Below, in pieces: positions 1 through 11,396 of a stretch of DNA of 64,000 nucleotides. Numbering within the stretch: position 1 is the first letter of the stretch; each line of letters begins with the position of its first letter. The translations under genes were made by a program, and so were the position numbers. The notes beneath the pieces are model-generated. The model saw only the letters and a list, made by a program, of their open reading frames with translations. It was not told the DNA's origin and did not search any database. This DNA is from Mobula hypostoma (lineage: Eukaryota): assembly GCF_963921235.1 (NCBI RefSeq), contig NC_086100.1, positions 11,160,001 to 11,224,000 of the forward strand. Direction: 5' to 3'.

Positions 1-139
1 AGAATCAATGAAAGACTGCCCAAATAGTGTGTTCAACCAGAGTGCAGGAGACAATAAACTGTGTAAATATATGTAGATATGCTCGATGTTTAGGAGAGCT
101 TTACCCTCCTAAACATTGATGGACTGGGCCATATGCTCT

Positions 140-1285
140 ACTTAGAGTCGTAGAGAAGTACAGCACAGAAGCAGGCCTTTTGGCCTATCTACTCCATGTC
201 AAAACCATTTAAACAGCCTACTCCCAATGACCTGCAGCGGAACTATAGTGCTTCACATCCCTATTATCCATGTACCAATCCAAGCTTCCCTTAAGCATTA
301 AAATGGAACTCACATGGACCACTTGTGCTGGCACCTCATTCCACACCCTCACTTCGCTCTGAGTGAAGAAGTTTTCCCTCAAGTTCCCCTTAAACATCTC
401 ATCTTTCACCCTTAAGCCATGACCTCTGGTGGTAGTTCCACCCAACCTCAGTGGAAAATCCCTGCTTGTGTTTACCCTATCTGTACCACTCATAATTTGT
501 ATACCACTATCAAATCTCCTCTCAATCTTCTATGTTCTAAAGAATACATTCCTAACCTATTCAATCTTTCCTTATAAGTCAGGTCCTCCAGACCCAGCAA
601 CATCCTTGTGAATTTTCTCTCCACTCTTTCAACCTTGTATACATCTTTTCCGTAGTTAGATGACCAAAACTGCACACAATACTCCAAAATTAGGCCTCAC
701 CAATGTCTCATACAACTTCAACATAACATCCCACCTTCTGTACTCAATACATTGATCTATGAATGCCAAGCTTTCTTTACGACCCTATCTACCTGTGATG
801 CCATTTCCAATTAATTATATACCTGTATTCCAGATCCCTTTGTTCTACAACACTCCTCAGTGCCCTACCATTCATTGTGTAAAATCTACCCTGGTTGATC
901 CTACTGAAATGCAAAACATCACACTTGTCTGCATTAAGTTCCATCCACTATTTTTCTGCCCATTTTTCCAGCTGATGCAGATCCCTCTGCAAGCCATGAT
1001 GGCCTTCCTCACTGTCCACTACACCCCCAATCATGGTGTCATCTGCAAATTTGCTGATCCAGTTAACCGCATTATCATCCAGAGCATTGATATAGATGAC
1101 AAACCACAATGGACTTAGCATTGATCCATGCGGCACACCACTAGTCACAGTCCTCCGGTCAGAAAGGCAACCCTATACTACCACTCTCTGGCTTCTCCTG
1201 CAAAGCCAATGTCTCATCAAATTTATTACTTCATCCTGAATGCCAAGCAACTGAACCTTCTTGATCAGTCTCCCGTGTGGGACCT
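140..1285 (-). mobile_element. CR1-clade LINE (HER1-like), 5'-truncated RT/3' end, degraded
   Basis: Minus-strand fragments SGVPHGSMLSPLWFVIYIN..KFADDT, LEYCVQFWS, ERLNRLGMYSLEHRRLRGDL and TRGH..FFTQ..WN, with frameshifts. Confidence 0.9.
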
Positions 1286-1814
1286 TGTAATTTTTGTAGG
1301 ATTTTCCATTTAAAGACATTGGTGTTTCCATACCAGGCTGTGATTCAGCCAGTCAATGTACTCTCCACTACACATCTAAAAAAGATACCCAAGAAGCTTC
1401 CAGAAAGATGCAAAGGATCTGTAACCACAAGGAAACAGACTGAACAATTGTATATACATAAGTAATTATATAAAAATACAAAGAAAGCATAAGAAATTTA
1501 AACTACAATTCAAGAGCGGAGATGCTCACTCACTCACCCAGTCTAAAACAAAAATCCCCTTTGGTTTGGGTACAGCCCACGAATATCTGATTTGCTATCG
1601 CATTCAAATCTCTCCATGATATCCACCCTCAAATTCTCCACAGTCATAGGACTCTGAATCTCAGCAATCACTCTGGTCCTCTACAATTTCCAGCTTCCTA
1701 CTTTATGTTACACCACTGATTCCCATGTCCTTAGCTGTGTTTATTCTTAAGCTCCAAAACTTCCTCTAAACCTCCATTTTTAGACAATACTTTCAAAAGA
1801 TAAATTGAAATGTA

Positions 1815-2175
1815 TTTATCATCATATTACGTGCCGTGTTCTATGACATGGGTGATCATGGTCTTCCAACTGCCTTTAGTGACCATGATTGTTCTTGACA
1901 AATTTTTGTTCAGAAGTGGTTTGCCATTGCCTTCTTCTGGACAGCGTCTTTACAAGACAAGTGACCACAGCCGTTATCAATACTCTGCAGAGATTGTCTG
2001 CCTGGTGTCAGTGGTCACATAACCAGGACGTGATAGGCACCAGCTGCTCCCCAGGCTTCACATGACCCTGGCTGGGGGGCTAAGCACTTTGCCTAAGAGT
2101 GACCTGCAGGCTAGCAGAAGGAAGGAGCACTTTACACCTCCTTTTTAAAGATGCATCTCCACCCCGCCACCCCAT
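1815..2175 (-). mobile_element. RTE/BovB-related non-autonomous element
   Basis: Contains cagaagtggtttgccattgccttc, a motif I recognise from BovB/Sauria-SINE-type elements; no ORF. Confidence 0.5.
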
Positions 2176-2574
2176 ATTAGTGGCTCATTAAAAGATAAAA
2201 ATAGAGGAAGATATAGGCTGCTCATGATTGCTCCAATTCAGTGCAATTCCTTTGTCCCCATGCCATTTTTCAATACAAGCCTTAGATCCCTGGATTTACT
2301 TAGTGTTCATTATTGTATTTGACAACTGAGTCTCCACCCCCGCCCACCCCCCTTAGGTAGACAACTCCGAAGATTTGCAGTCGACTGGGTGAAGAAATTT
2401 CTTCTTCATTCATTCCATTCCCTCATTTTGAGACAGTGACCCCTTATTGTACATATCAGAGCCAGAGAAAGCATTAACTCCAAACCCACCATGTCAAACT
2501 CTGTAGGAATATTGTATATTTCAGTGCAAGCACCTCTCAGTCTACTGAACTTGAAAATAGGTGCATGTCCAAGT

Positions 2575-2960
2575 TCAAAACTTCAAAATGAATTTATATC
2601 AAGGGACATATATGTCACCATTTACAGTACAACCCTGAGATTCATTTTCTCACGTGCATTCACAGTAAGTACAAAGAAACACAATAGAATCAATGAAGGG
2701 CTGCACAAAACACAGAAAACAAATGTGCAAAAGACAACAAACTGCAAATACAAAAAGATGAAAGAAAACAAAGCAATGATAAATGAGCAATGAATTTTGA
2801 GAACATGAAATGAAGAGTTCTTGAAAGTGAGTCATTACGTAATGGTAACAGTTCAGTGATGGGGTGAATGAAGTTATCCCCTCTGGTTCAGGAGCCTGAT
2901 GGTTGAGGTGTAATAACTGTTCTTGAACCTGGTGATGTGGGTCCCGAGGCTTCACTACAC
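2575..2960 (-). mobile_element. Rex1/Babar-type LINE 3' end
   Basis: Reverse complement matches the 3' ends at 34485-34610 and 46860-47165; tail of (tttgaac)-type repeats. Confidence 0.6.
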
Positions 2961-3346
2961 CTCCATACAGAGACTGCTCGGTGCTAGAATGTGCTATCAT
3001 GGACAGTGACAGAAGCACGCACGGTAGTAGTGATTAAGAGGGATTTAGACAGGCACTTGAACAGGCAGGTAACAGAGGGATACAAGCCCTCTAGAGAAGA
3101 ATGAGGGTGGAGATTTCATTAAAACCTATTGAATATTAAAAGGCCTAGATTGAGTAAATGTTGTGAGGATGTTTCCTATAGTTAGTGTCTCTGACCATAG
3201 GGCACAGCCTCAGATCAGAAGGACATCCCTTTAAAACAGAGATGAGGATGGATTTGTTCAGCCAGAGAGTGGTGAATCTGTGAAATTAGTTATGGCTGTG
3301 GAGGCCAAGTCACTGAGTATTTTTAAAATGGATGTTGATAGATTTT

Positions 3347-5637
3347 AACACAAACAAGAGAAAATCTGCAGATGCTGGAAATCCAAGCAACTCACACAAA
3401 ATGCTGGAAGAACTCAGCAGGCCATGCAGCATCTAAGGAAAAGAGTACAGTCGAAGTTTTGGACCGAGTGCCTTCAGCAGGACTGGAGGAAAAAAGATGA
3501 GTAGATTTAAAAGGTGGGGGGAGGGGAGGGAAAACACAAGGTGATAGGTGAAACCGGGAGGTGGGGAGGTGAAGTAAGGAGCTGGGAAGTTGATTAGTGA
3601 CAGAGATACAGGACTGGAGAAGGGGGATCTAATAGGAGAGGACATGGAAGAAAGAAAAGGGGGGGAGGAGTACCAGAGGATGGGCAGGCAAGGAGATCAG
3701 ATTGGAGAGGGATAGGGGGATAGGAAATGGTGAAGTGGTGGGGGGGGCATTACTGCAAGTTCGAGAAATCGATGTGCATGCCACCAGGTTGGAGGCTACC
3801 TGCACCCATTGTTTCAGCTTGTTCCTGTCCCATCTATATACCTCGATTCTATTTTATCCCCCCTAATTCAGTCTCTTCCTACCTACATCTGTGACACTTC
3901 ACACCCTCTGGGTCTTTTCAATGATTTCAAGTTGCCTTGCCTCATCATCTTATTTTCACTATGGATGTTCAGACCCTGTACACCGCCAACCCTCATGAGG
4001 AAGACCTCAAAACTTTCTGTTTTTTTCTAGACACCAGACTCAACCAGTTCCCCTCCACCATCACTCTCTTCTGTCTAGTGTAACTTGTCCAGCCTCTTCA
4101 TAATTTCTCCTTTGGCTCTTCCCACTTCCTTCAAACAAAAAGTGTAGCCACGGGCATTCGCATAGGTCCCAGCTATGCCTGCCTTTTTGTCAGCTACACG
4201 TTCACCCACTTTTCCTACTCTACATCAACGACTGCATTGGTGCTGCTTCCTGCACCCATGCAGAGCTCATTGACTTCATCAACTTTGCCTCCAACTTCCA
4301 CCCTGTCCCCAAATTTACCCAGTCCATTTCCAACAGCTCCCTCCCCTTTCTCAATCTCTCTATCTTTATCGCTGGAGGCAGCTCATATAATGATGTCTGT
4401 TATAAACCTGCGGACTCTCAGACCTACCTGAAATATAACTCTTCCCACACTGTTACTTGTAAAAGCATCATCCCCTTCTCTCAATTCCTCAGTCTCTGCC
4501 ACATCTGCTCTCAGGGTGAGGCTTTTCGTTCCAGAATAAAGAAGATGTCCTCCTTTTTCAAAGAAAGGGGCTTCCCTTCCTCCACCATCAACACTGCCCT
4601 CAACTGCATCTCACCCATTTCCCGCACATCTCGCCTCACCCCCTCCTCCCGCCACCCTATCAGGGATAGGGTTCCTCTTGTCCTCATCTACCACCCACCA
4701 GCCTCTGCATCCATCACATAATTCTCCGTAACTTATGCCATCTCCAACTGGATCCCACCACCAAGGACATCTTTCCCTCCCCCCTACTTTCTGCTTTCCA
4801 CAGAGATTGCTCCCTACGCAACTCTCTTGTCCATTCATCCCTCCCCACTCATCTCCCTCCTGGCATTTACCTTGCAAGTGGAACAAGTGCTACACCTGCC
4901 CCTACACCTCCTCCCTCACTACCATTCAGGGCCCCAAACAGTCCCTTCAGGCGAGGCGACACTTCACCTGTGAGTCTGTTGGGGTCATATACTGTGTCCG
5001 GTGTGACTTCCTGTATATCGGTGACACCCAGCATAGATTGGGAGACCACTACACCAAGCACCTACGCTTTGTCCGCCAGAAGAAGCAGGATCTCCCAGTG
5101 GCCAACCCACTTTAATTTCCTTTCCCATTCCAACTCCAATGTGTCAATTCATGGCTTCCTCTACTGTTACAATGAGGCCACAGTCAGGTTGGAGGAACAA
5201 CACCTTATATTCCATCTGGGTAGCCTCCAACCTGAAAGCATGAACATTGATTTCTCGAACCTCTGGTAATGCCCTCCCCTCCACCTTCACCATCCCCTAT
5301 CCCCTTTACTTTTCTTACCTTACCTCCTTGCCTGCCTATCTCCTCCCTCTGGTACTCCTCCCACCTTTTCTTTTTTCCATGGTCTTCTGTCCTCCCCTAT
5401 TATATTCCCCCTTCTCCAGCCCTGTATCTCTTTCACCAATCAACTCCCCAGCTCTTTACTTCACCCCTCCTCCTCTCAGTTTCACCTATCACCACGTGTT
5501 TCTCCCTCCCCTCTCCCTCCTTTTAAATCTACTCCTCATCTTCTTCTCCTCCAGCCCTGCTTAAGGTTCTCAGTCCTAAACGTCGACTGTGCTATTTTCC
5601 ATAGGTGCTGAGTTCCTCCAGCATTTTCTGTGTGTTG
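3347..5637 (+). mobile_element. Degraded Penelope-like element: inverted pLTR (3347-3800, -) joined to an RT/GIY-YIG/pLTR body (3800-5637, +), inserted in a CR1 3' end
   Basis: Homologous to the 11004-13991 copy (CKWNKCYTC linker, YIGDT, RLEEQHLIFHLGSLQP). Degenerate hammerheads at ~3449-3485 (-) and ~5553-5589 (+). CR1 sequence on both sides (3095-3345 and 5640-5785). Confidence 0.88.
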
Positions 5638-5991
5638 AATATGCAGAAGTCTTGATTAGTCAGGGTGTCAAAGGTTATGGGGAGAAGGTAAGAGAATGGG
5701 GTTGCAAAAGATAATGCAGTAAATCAGCCATGATTCAATAGGATGAATGGCATAATTCTGCTCCTATGTCTTATGGTCTAAACCATGTTCAGGCAGATGC
5801 CTTAGTTAGATTGGCATCATGGACATAGTAGACGGAAAGGTCTGTTTCTGTGCTGTACTCTTCTAGATCAATATGGCAAATGTGCCATCCCTGGTATTAG
5901 TCTGGTGCAACCTCATTCCCTTTATATCCCTGCTTACGGAGGGTGACCAGACCCGCACAATATTCTCAATGTTGCTTCACACAATGCCATG

Positions 5992-7420
5992 TACAGTCAG
6001 TGGCCACTTTATTAGGTACCTCCTTGCCTAATAAAGTGGCCACTAAGTCATGGTCTTCTGCTTCTGTAGCCCATCCACTTCAAAGTTTGACGAGTTATGC
6101 GTTCAGAAATGCTCTTCGGCACACCACGGTTGGAACGTGTGTTGTCGCCTTCCTGTCAGCTTGAATCAGTCTACCATTCTCTTCTGACCTCGCAATAACA
6201 AGGTGTTTTCACCCACAGAATTGCCAGCACTGGATTTTTTTTTGTTCTTCACTCTGTAAACTCCAGACACTGTTGTGCACAAAAATCCCAGGAGGTAAGC
6301 AGTTTCCAAGATACTCAAACCACCCCATCTGGTGTCAATAATCATTCCCTGGTCAAAGTCACTTAGATTACATTTCTTCCCCATTCTGATGTTTGGTCTG
6401 AACAACAACTGAGCTTCTTGACCATGTCAGCATGCTTCCATGCATAGTGTTGCTGCCACATGATTGGCTGATAAAATATTTGCATTAATGAGCAGGTGTA
6501 CAGGTGTATCTAATTGTTACATAACCAGCAACAATGAATATCAATCGAGACAGGTTATATAAAAACAACCAAACATTTATTAAACTCAGATAAACGATAA
6601 AAAAAACAAACGAGAACTTTAACCAGAAGTCAACTGTTATGCAGCCATTCAACAAATCATCACTCGGCACTGATTATTAAAGTGTTAAATGTGAAAACAG
6701 TTCTTAAAGCGCTAAAGTCAGATATAGTTCTTAAAATGGTAAATTCGAAAGTCCAGCAGATTTATATGTTCAATTGGGAGAGGCTTCTCTGGAGAAGGTT
6801 TCTTCATAGAGGCAACTTTCCTGCTGGTTCTGTCCAAAGGATTCACGATGCAGTAAATAAACAGTTTAAAACAACTGACCTTAAATTCTAGAGAGAGCAA
6901 ACCTTTGCATGAACCCTTTGCTCTTTTGACAAGAGTTATCTTTGATGCAGGTCGCTACTACTTCAACGAAGACTCAATAAGGTCGATCCTTTGTTAAACT
7001 GCCAAATGATACCGACACCTCTTAATCCTTCGGGTCCTGTACTTCGATAAAGTCTTCACTCTCCCGTACTACTGCTAGAATAAGGTACATCAACACATCT
7101 AGCAAAAGTTTCAGTCCAGCAATGTTATTCCTTGCAAAAGAATGTAACAACCATTTAAAAAAATGAAACTGCGTCATAAAAACAAATACGCAACAGAAAC
7201 GGAGACACAGTACGTTCTACCTGGAAATCTAAAAACTAAAAACTAACTGCGTCATCTGGGGTCTTCCCTTATATACCTGTGGTGCACATGTCATCATGTG
7301 ACCTCACATCGGCGAGGAAATTACATCAGGTGACCTCCAAAAGACCATTACATCATTCTCACAAAAAAATCACAGATCTCCTTGAGGTATGTAACACTAA
7401 TAAAGTGGCCACTGAGTGTA
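5992..7420 (-). mobile_element. Non-autonomous Tc1-derived element, interrupted by a solo LTR
   Basis: TA-flanked TIRs cagtggccactttattag / taataaagtggccactgagtg; remnant Tc1 N-terminus MGKKCNLSDFDQGMI..ETAYLLGF..TTVS. Confidence 0.85.
6515..7396 (-). mobile_element. Solo LTR (882 bp)
   Basis: TGTTACATA...TATGTAACA termini; 5-bp TSD CTAAT (6510-6514 and 7397-7401); TATA-like motif near 7270 and AATAAA near 6576, both on the minus strand. Confidence 0.85.
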
Positions 7421-7789
7421 TCTCCTTCCATAAGGAGAGTGGCTAGACCTGCACAATATTCCAGTTGCTGTTTCACAAAAGGACAAGTGTATAATTGGAG
7501 ATGTCTGCATACTTGTTCTCAACTCCTCTTGCTTGTTCAGTTTTCCCAATTAGATAATGTAAATTGAGTCCAAGTCCAGCAGTAATGTTATTAAGTCAGA
7601 GCCAATTGGCCAGCTCAAATAAACATGCCAAAGCTTTGGTAGGAAGAATACTCTCAGAACTCAATCCAGTAACATTTTGAAACAGTGGAGCCAAACAGCA
7701 TTTAATTACAGACCGAGACCTCATTGTCCTTCATGCTATAAATGGAGCACAAGGATTTCTCATCAAATATCTGAAAATGTCTGAAATTT

Positions 7790-8145
7790 GCAACGGATAT
7801 AGGACTAACTTAGGCTGCACAAAACTACTCTGCCGCGCCAATGGCTTTTGGGACTGCTTGGTAAAGAAAGCCATTGAAATAAAACTAGGGAAAAACAATT
7901 TTATCAAAGATGAAGGTCTCGCTCTAAGCAAGAGCTGGAATTCGATTGTAAACAAGGTGGGACAGCGGAAACCTGATTGGATAAGAACTAACCCATCAGG
8001 ATGGACTGACAACTGGGGTATAAATACCACTGGACTAGATGTGCCCAGGCATCACTCCTGATGTAGATGGCAGAGTTTGTCATTGAAATGTTGGTTAAAA
8101 TTGATATTTGTACCCGGCTGGAAGCCCAAGAAGAATTTATACATT
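7790..8145 (+). mobile_element. 3' fragment of a second PLE family (GIY-YIG C-terminus plus pLTR with decayed hammerhead)
   Basis: LVKKAIEIKLGKNNFIKDEG resembles the EAIEI..N.N.D.G tail of PLE endonucleases; ctgatgt-agatggcagagtttgtcatt-gaaa-tgtt at 8058-8092. Confidence 0.65.
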
Positions 8146-10169
8146 CGCTCCATGGCTACTTTATTTGGTACCTAAGGAGTGTTTCTTCTCCTTTTCCTTT
8201 GATAACCTTCCTTGCTTCACCAATTCTTGTGTCATCTGACCACCTACATTTTTCATTCAAATCATGACCCTTGTGGAACAGCACTGGTTACAGACCCCCA
8301 GTCAAAAAATCACCCCTCAACCACCACTTTCTGCCTGCGATGACCAAGCCAATGCAGGATCAGGCTTACCAACTCAGCATGAATCTCAAACTTTAATCTT
8401 CTGGACCAGCCCATCATGGAGGATCTTGTCAAGTATTATGGGAAGAAGACAAGAGATTGGCCTTGATAATGGTGGAGCAGACTATATGTATTATGGTCTT
8501 ATGATCTTATAATTAATTCTAGCTCTGGTCGGAATGATATCTGTCTCTCCCTTGTTAGTGAGAGAGAGAGTGCCTGTGGGATATTGAAAATGTTGGAATG
8601 AACAGTTAGTTTTTGATGTTCTGCAGACCATGATTTCTCTTTGGGGGCTTTGCTGTTGCTTGCATGGTGGGTGGTGGGAATGCTGATGCTTTCTACCCAC
8701 TACGAAGTGGGGGGAGGGTTGATCCGGCTTGCTGTTGCTTGTGCGTGGGAAGGGGGCAGGGGGCTTTGGGTTTTTTACTTTTTTTCTGTGTAGATTAAAT
8801 AAAAATATTTTTACTGCATTCCTACAAGACCTGAGTTCCTGATCTCAGAAGCAGGGTACAATGTAGAGGAGAAGTAATAAGGAACACATTTTAAGGTGAA
8901 CAGTAAACATTATGGAGAAAATATCAAGATGGCACTTCCTATAGTTTCACTGTAGAAACCAGTTTTAAACATTTGTAAAACTAATGAATTTTGTAATATG
9001 CACATTATACTGTAAATACTTTGATTATTAATACAAATAATTATTATATCAAATAAAAGTAAAAACTGTTCTTTTGAAATGATAGTGTGGTGCAGATTAT
9101 GACTGAACACATCAGGTTGAGGGTTAAAAAAGCTCCCTAATCACAAGCCTTTGAGAAAGGAATCTGCTCACAGTACGTTCCAGAAAATGATTAAAATTCC
9201 ATAATCTGTTGGCACAAGAGTAATGTCAGTGGTTTATCTAATTCCATTTCTCATTCTGTCCTGCATACCTTACATTGTTAGACCATAAGACAAAGGTGCA
9301 GAATTAGGCCATTTGGCCCATTGAGTTTGCTCTGCCATATCATCATGGCCGACCCATTATTCCTCCCTTCTGCCTTCTCCATGTATCCTTTGATGCCCTT
9401 ACTAATCAAGAACCTATTATCCTCCACATCTTTGTGCTTTTTGAATGTCTCACCACTGTAGCTTTGTGTGAGAATGAAAGACTATGGAAACAACCAAGGG
9501 AACATGAAAGTTGAACCTGGGATGGAACTCATGAAGAGGGGTGACAAATGACGATTAGTTCTGAATCTGGTGGGTTGAGCTGGTGCTATGTATTGGTCTT
9601 CATAACAGTGGAATGAATAGAGATAAAAATAGAGCATTTAGAGAGCTTGGGGGTAGTTCTTCGAGGCCTCAGCGACACACTGCTGATTGCTGCAGTGAAA
9701 GGGGCTCTTGCACGCCTAGATAAGTGTTCTCCTGCTTGCTGTAGTGCCCTAATAAACAAAGCTTTGTAGTTTTTAGTAGGTAATTTGAGTTTATGTCTTT
9801 CTGCCTGAACTAGCTGACTCCAAGAACCTTTTGTTGTAACATAAGCATAATCTCTCTTGTATGTACAGTTCTCCATGAAAACAAATTCTTGATCCTTGTG
9901 GTGCTTACAACCTGACGTGCATTGTGGTAATGCTCCATGCTGGAAATGAATGCTTGCAAAATTATCAGAGAAATTTGCCGTTGCATTCTTTAGAAAGAAT
10001 ATAATCATCTGCTCTCTTTGTACTATAAAATGTTTGTTTTAAATGAAATCAAATGAAAGCATTTTATAGTTTTTGATCATTGAAACAACATATGATGAAG
10101 TGAGTTTCATTTACCAACATATTTAAAATCATGGGGAAGGAAGAACATTGGTTGTGGATGAATGAAATG

Positions 10170-10497
10170 CAAAGTTAAAGAGATTAGTTCTAATTGTCAC
10201 ATGAACATCGAAACATACAGTGAAATGTGTCATTTGTGTCAACAACTAACACAGCTCAAGATGTGCTGGGCAGACCCCAAGTGTTGCCATACTTCCAATG
10301 CTGATGTAGCATGTACACAACTTACTAACCCCTGCAGTACAGAACATCTTTGGAATATGGCAGGAAACTGGAGCACCCAGAGGAAACCCACATGATCACG
10401 TGGAGAACGTAGGAACTACTTCCTGACAGTAATCCCACAATCATCCAGCTGCTGTTGTAAAAGTGTTGCGCTAACCGCTATGCTCCCACGCCACCCC
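10170..10497 (-). mobile_element. tRNA-derived V-SINE-like element, degraded
   Basis: Reverse complement of the acgttctcc..gtgggtttcctctgggtgctccagtttcc core also seen at 20450-20500. Confidence 0.55.
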
Positions 10498-11066
10498 ATT
10501 GTGACATAACTTTTAAATCAATTAATTGGCTGTAAAGTGTCATAGAACTCGCTGACATAGTGGAAATTACAGTGTAAATGAAAATCTTTAAAACAATATG
10601 CATCCTCCGTAAACCTTGTCATTTCAAAAAGGATTAACTGAAAGCGGAGAAGCAACATGTTTTGAAGGTAATCACTGTGACGACAAGGAATGTGACAGGG
10701 AATTTTGTTCAGAACATTCTCAAAAATGAAGAGTATGATAACAAGTAGACAATCTCTTTCAACAACATATTATTCAGGAACTGTTCAACAAATGAACTTT
10801 TACATCTATTTCTGAAATGTAGCAAAATGGAGACACGATTGATCACAGATGCTGGAATCTGGGGTAACTATCTGCTGGAGGAACTCAGGGGATCAAGCGC
10901 CATCTGTGGGAGGAAAGGAGTTACATAGAAAGATTGAAAAACTACAGCACAATCCAGGCCCTTCGGGCCACAATGCTGTGCCAAACATGTACTTAATTTA
11001 GAAGCAACACACATCAAAGTTGCTGGTGAACGCAGCAGGCCAAGCAGCATCTATAGGAAGAGGCGC

Positions 11067-11102
11067 AGTCGACGTTTCAGGCCGAGACCCTTCGTCAGGA
11101 CT
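11067..11102 (-). ncRNA. Minimal type I hammerhead ribozyme in the PLE pLTR
   Basis: AGUC-CUGACGA-AGGgucucggCCU-GAAA-CG-UC^GACU: intact core, 4-bp stem I, loopless palindromic stem III; predicted cleavage between 11071 and 11070. Confidence 0.85.
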
Positions 11103-11396
11103 AACTGAAGGAAGAGTGAGTAAGGGATTTGAAAGCTGGAGGGGGAGGGGGAGATGCAAAATGATAGGAGAAGACAGGAGGGGGAGGGATAGAGCCAAGA
11201 GCTGGACAGGTGATTGGCAAAAGGGGATACGAGAGGATCATGGGACAGGAGGTCCGGGAAGAAAGACGGGGGTGGGGGTGACCCAGAGGATGGGCAAGAG
11301 GTATATTCAGAGTTACAGAGGGAGAAAAAGGAGAGTGAGAGAAAGAATGTGTGCATAAAAATGAGTAACAGATGGGGTACGAGGGGGAGGTGGGGC

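Noticed and set aside
9586..10008. 140-aa minus-strand ORF
   Set aside because: No recognisable domain or splice structure; a length expected by chance.
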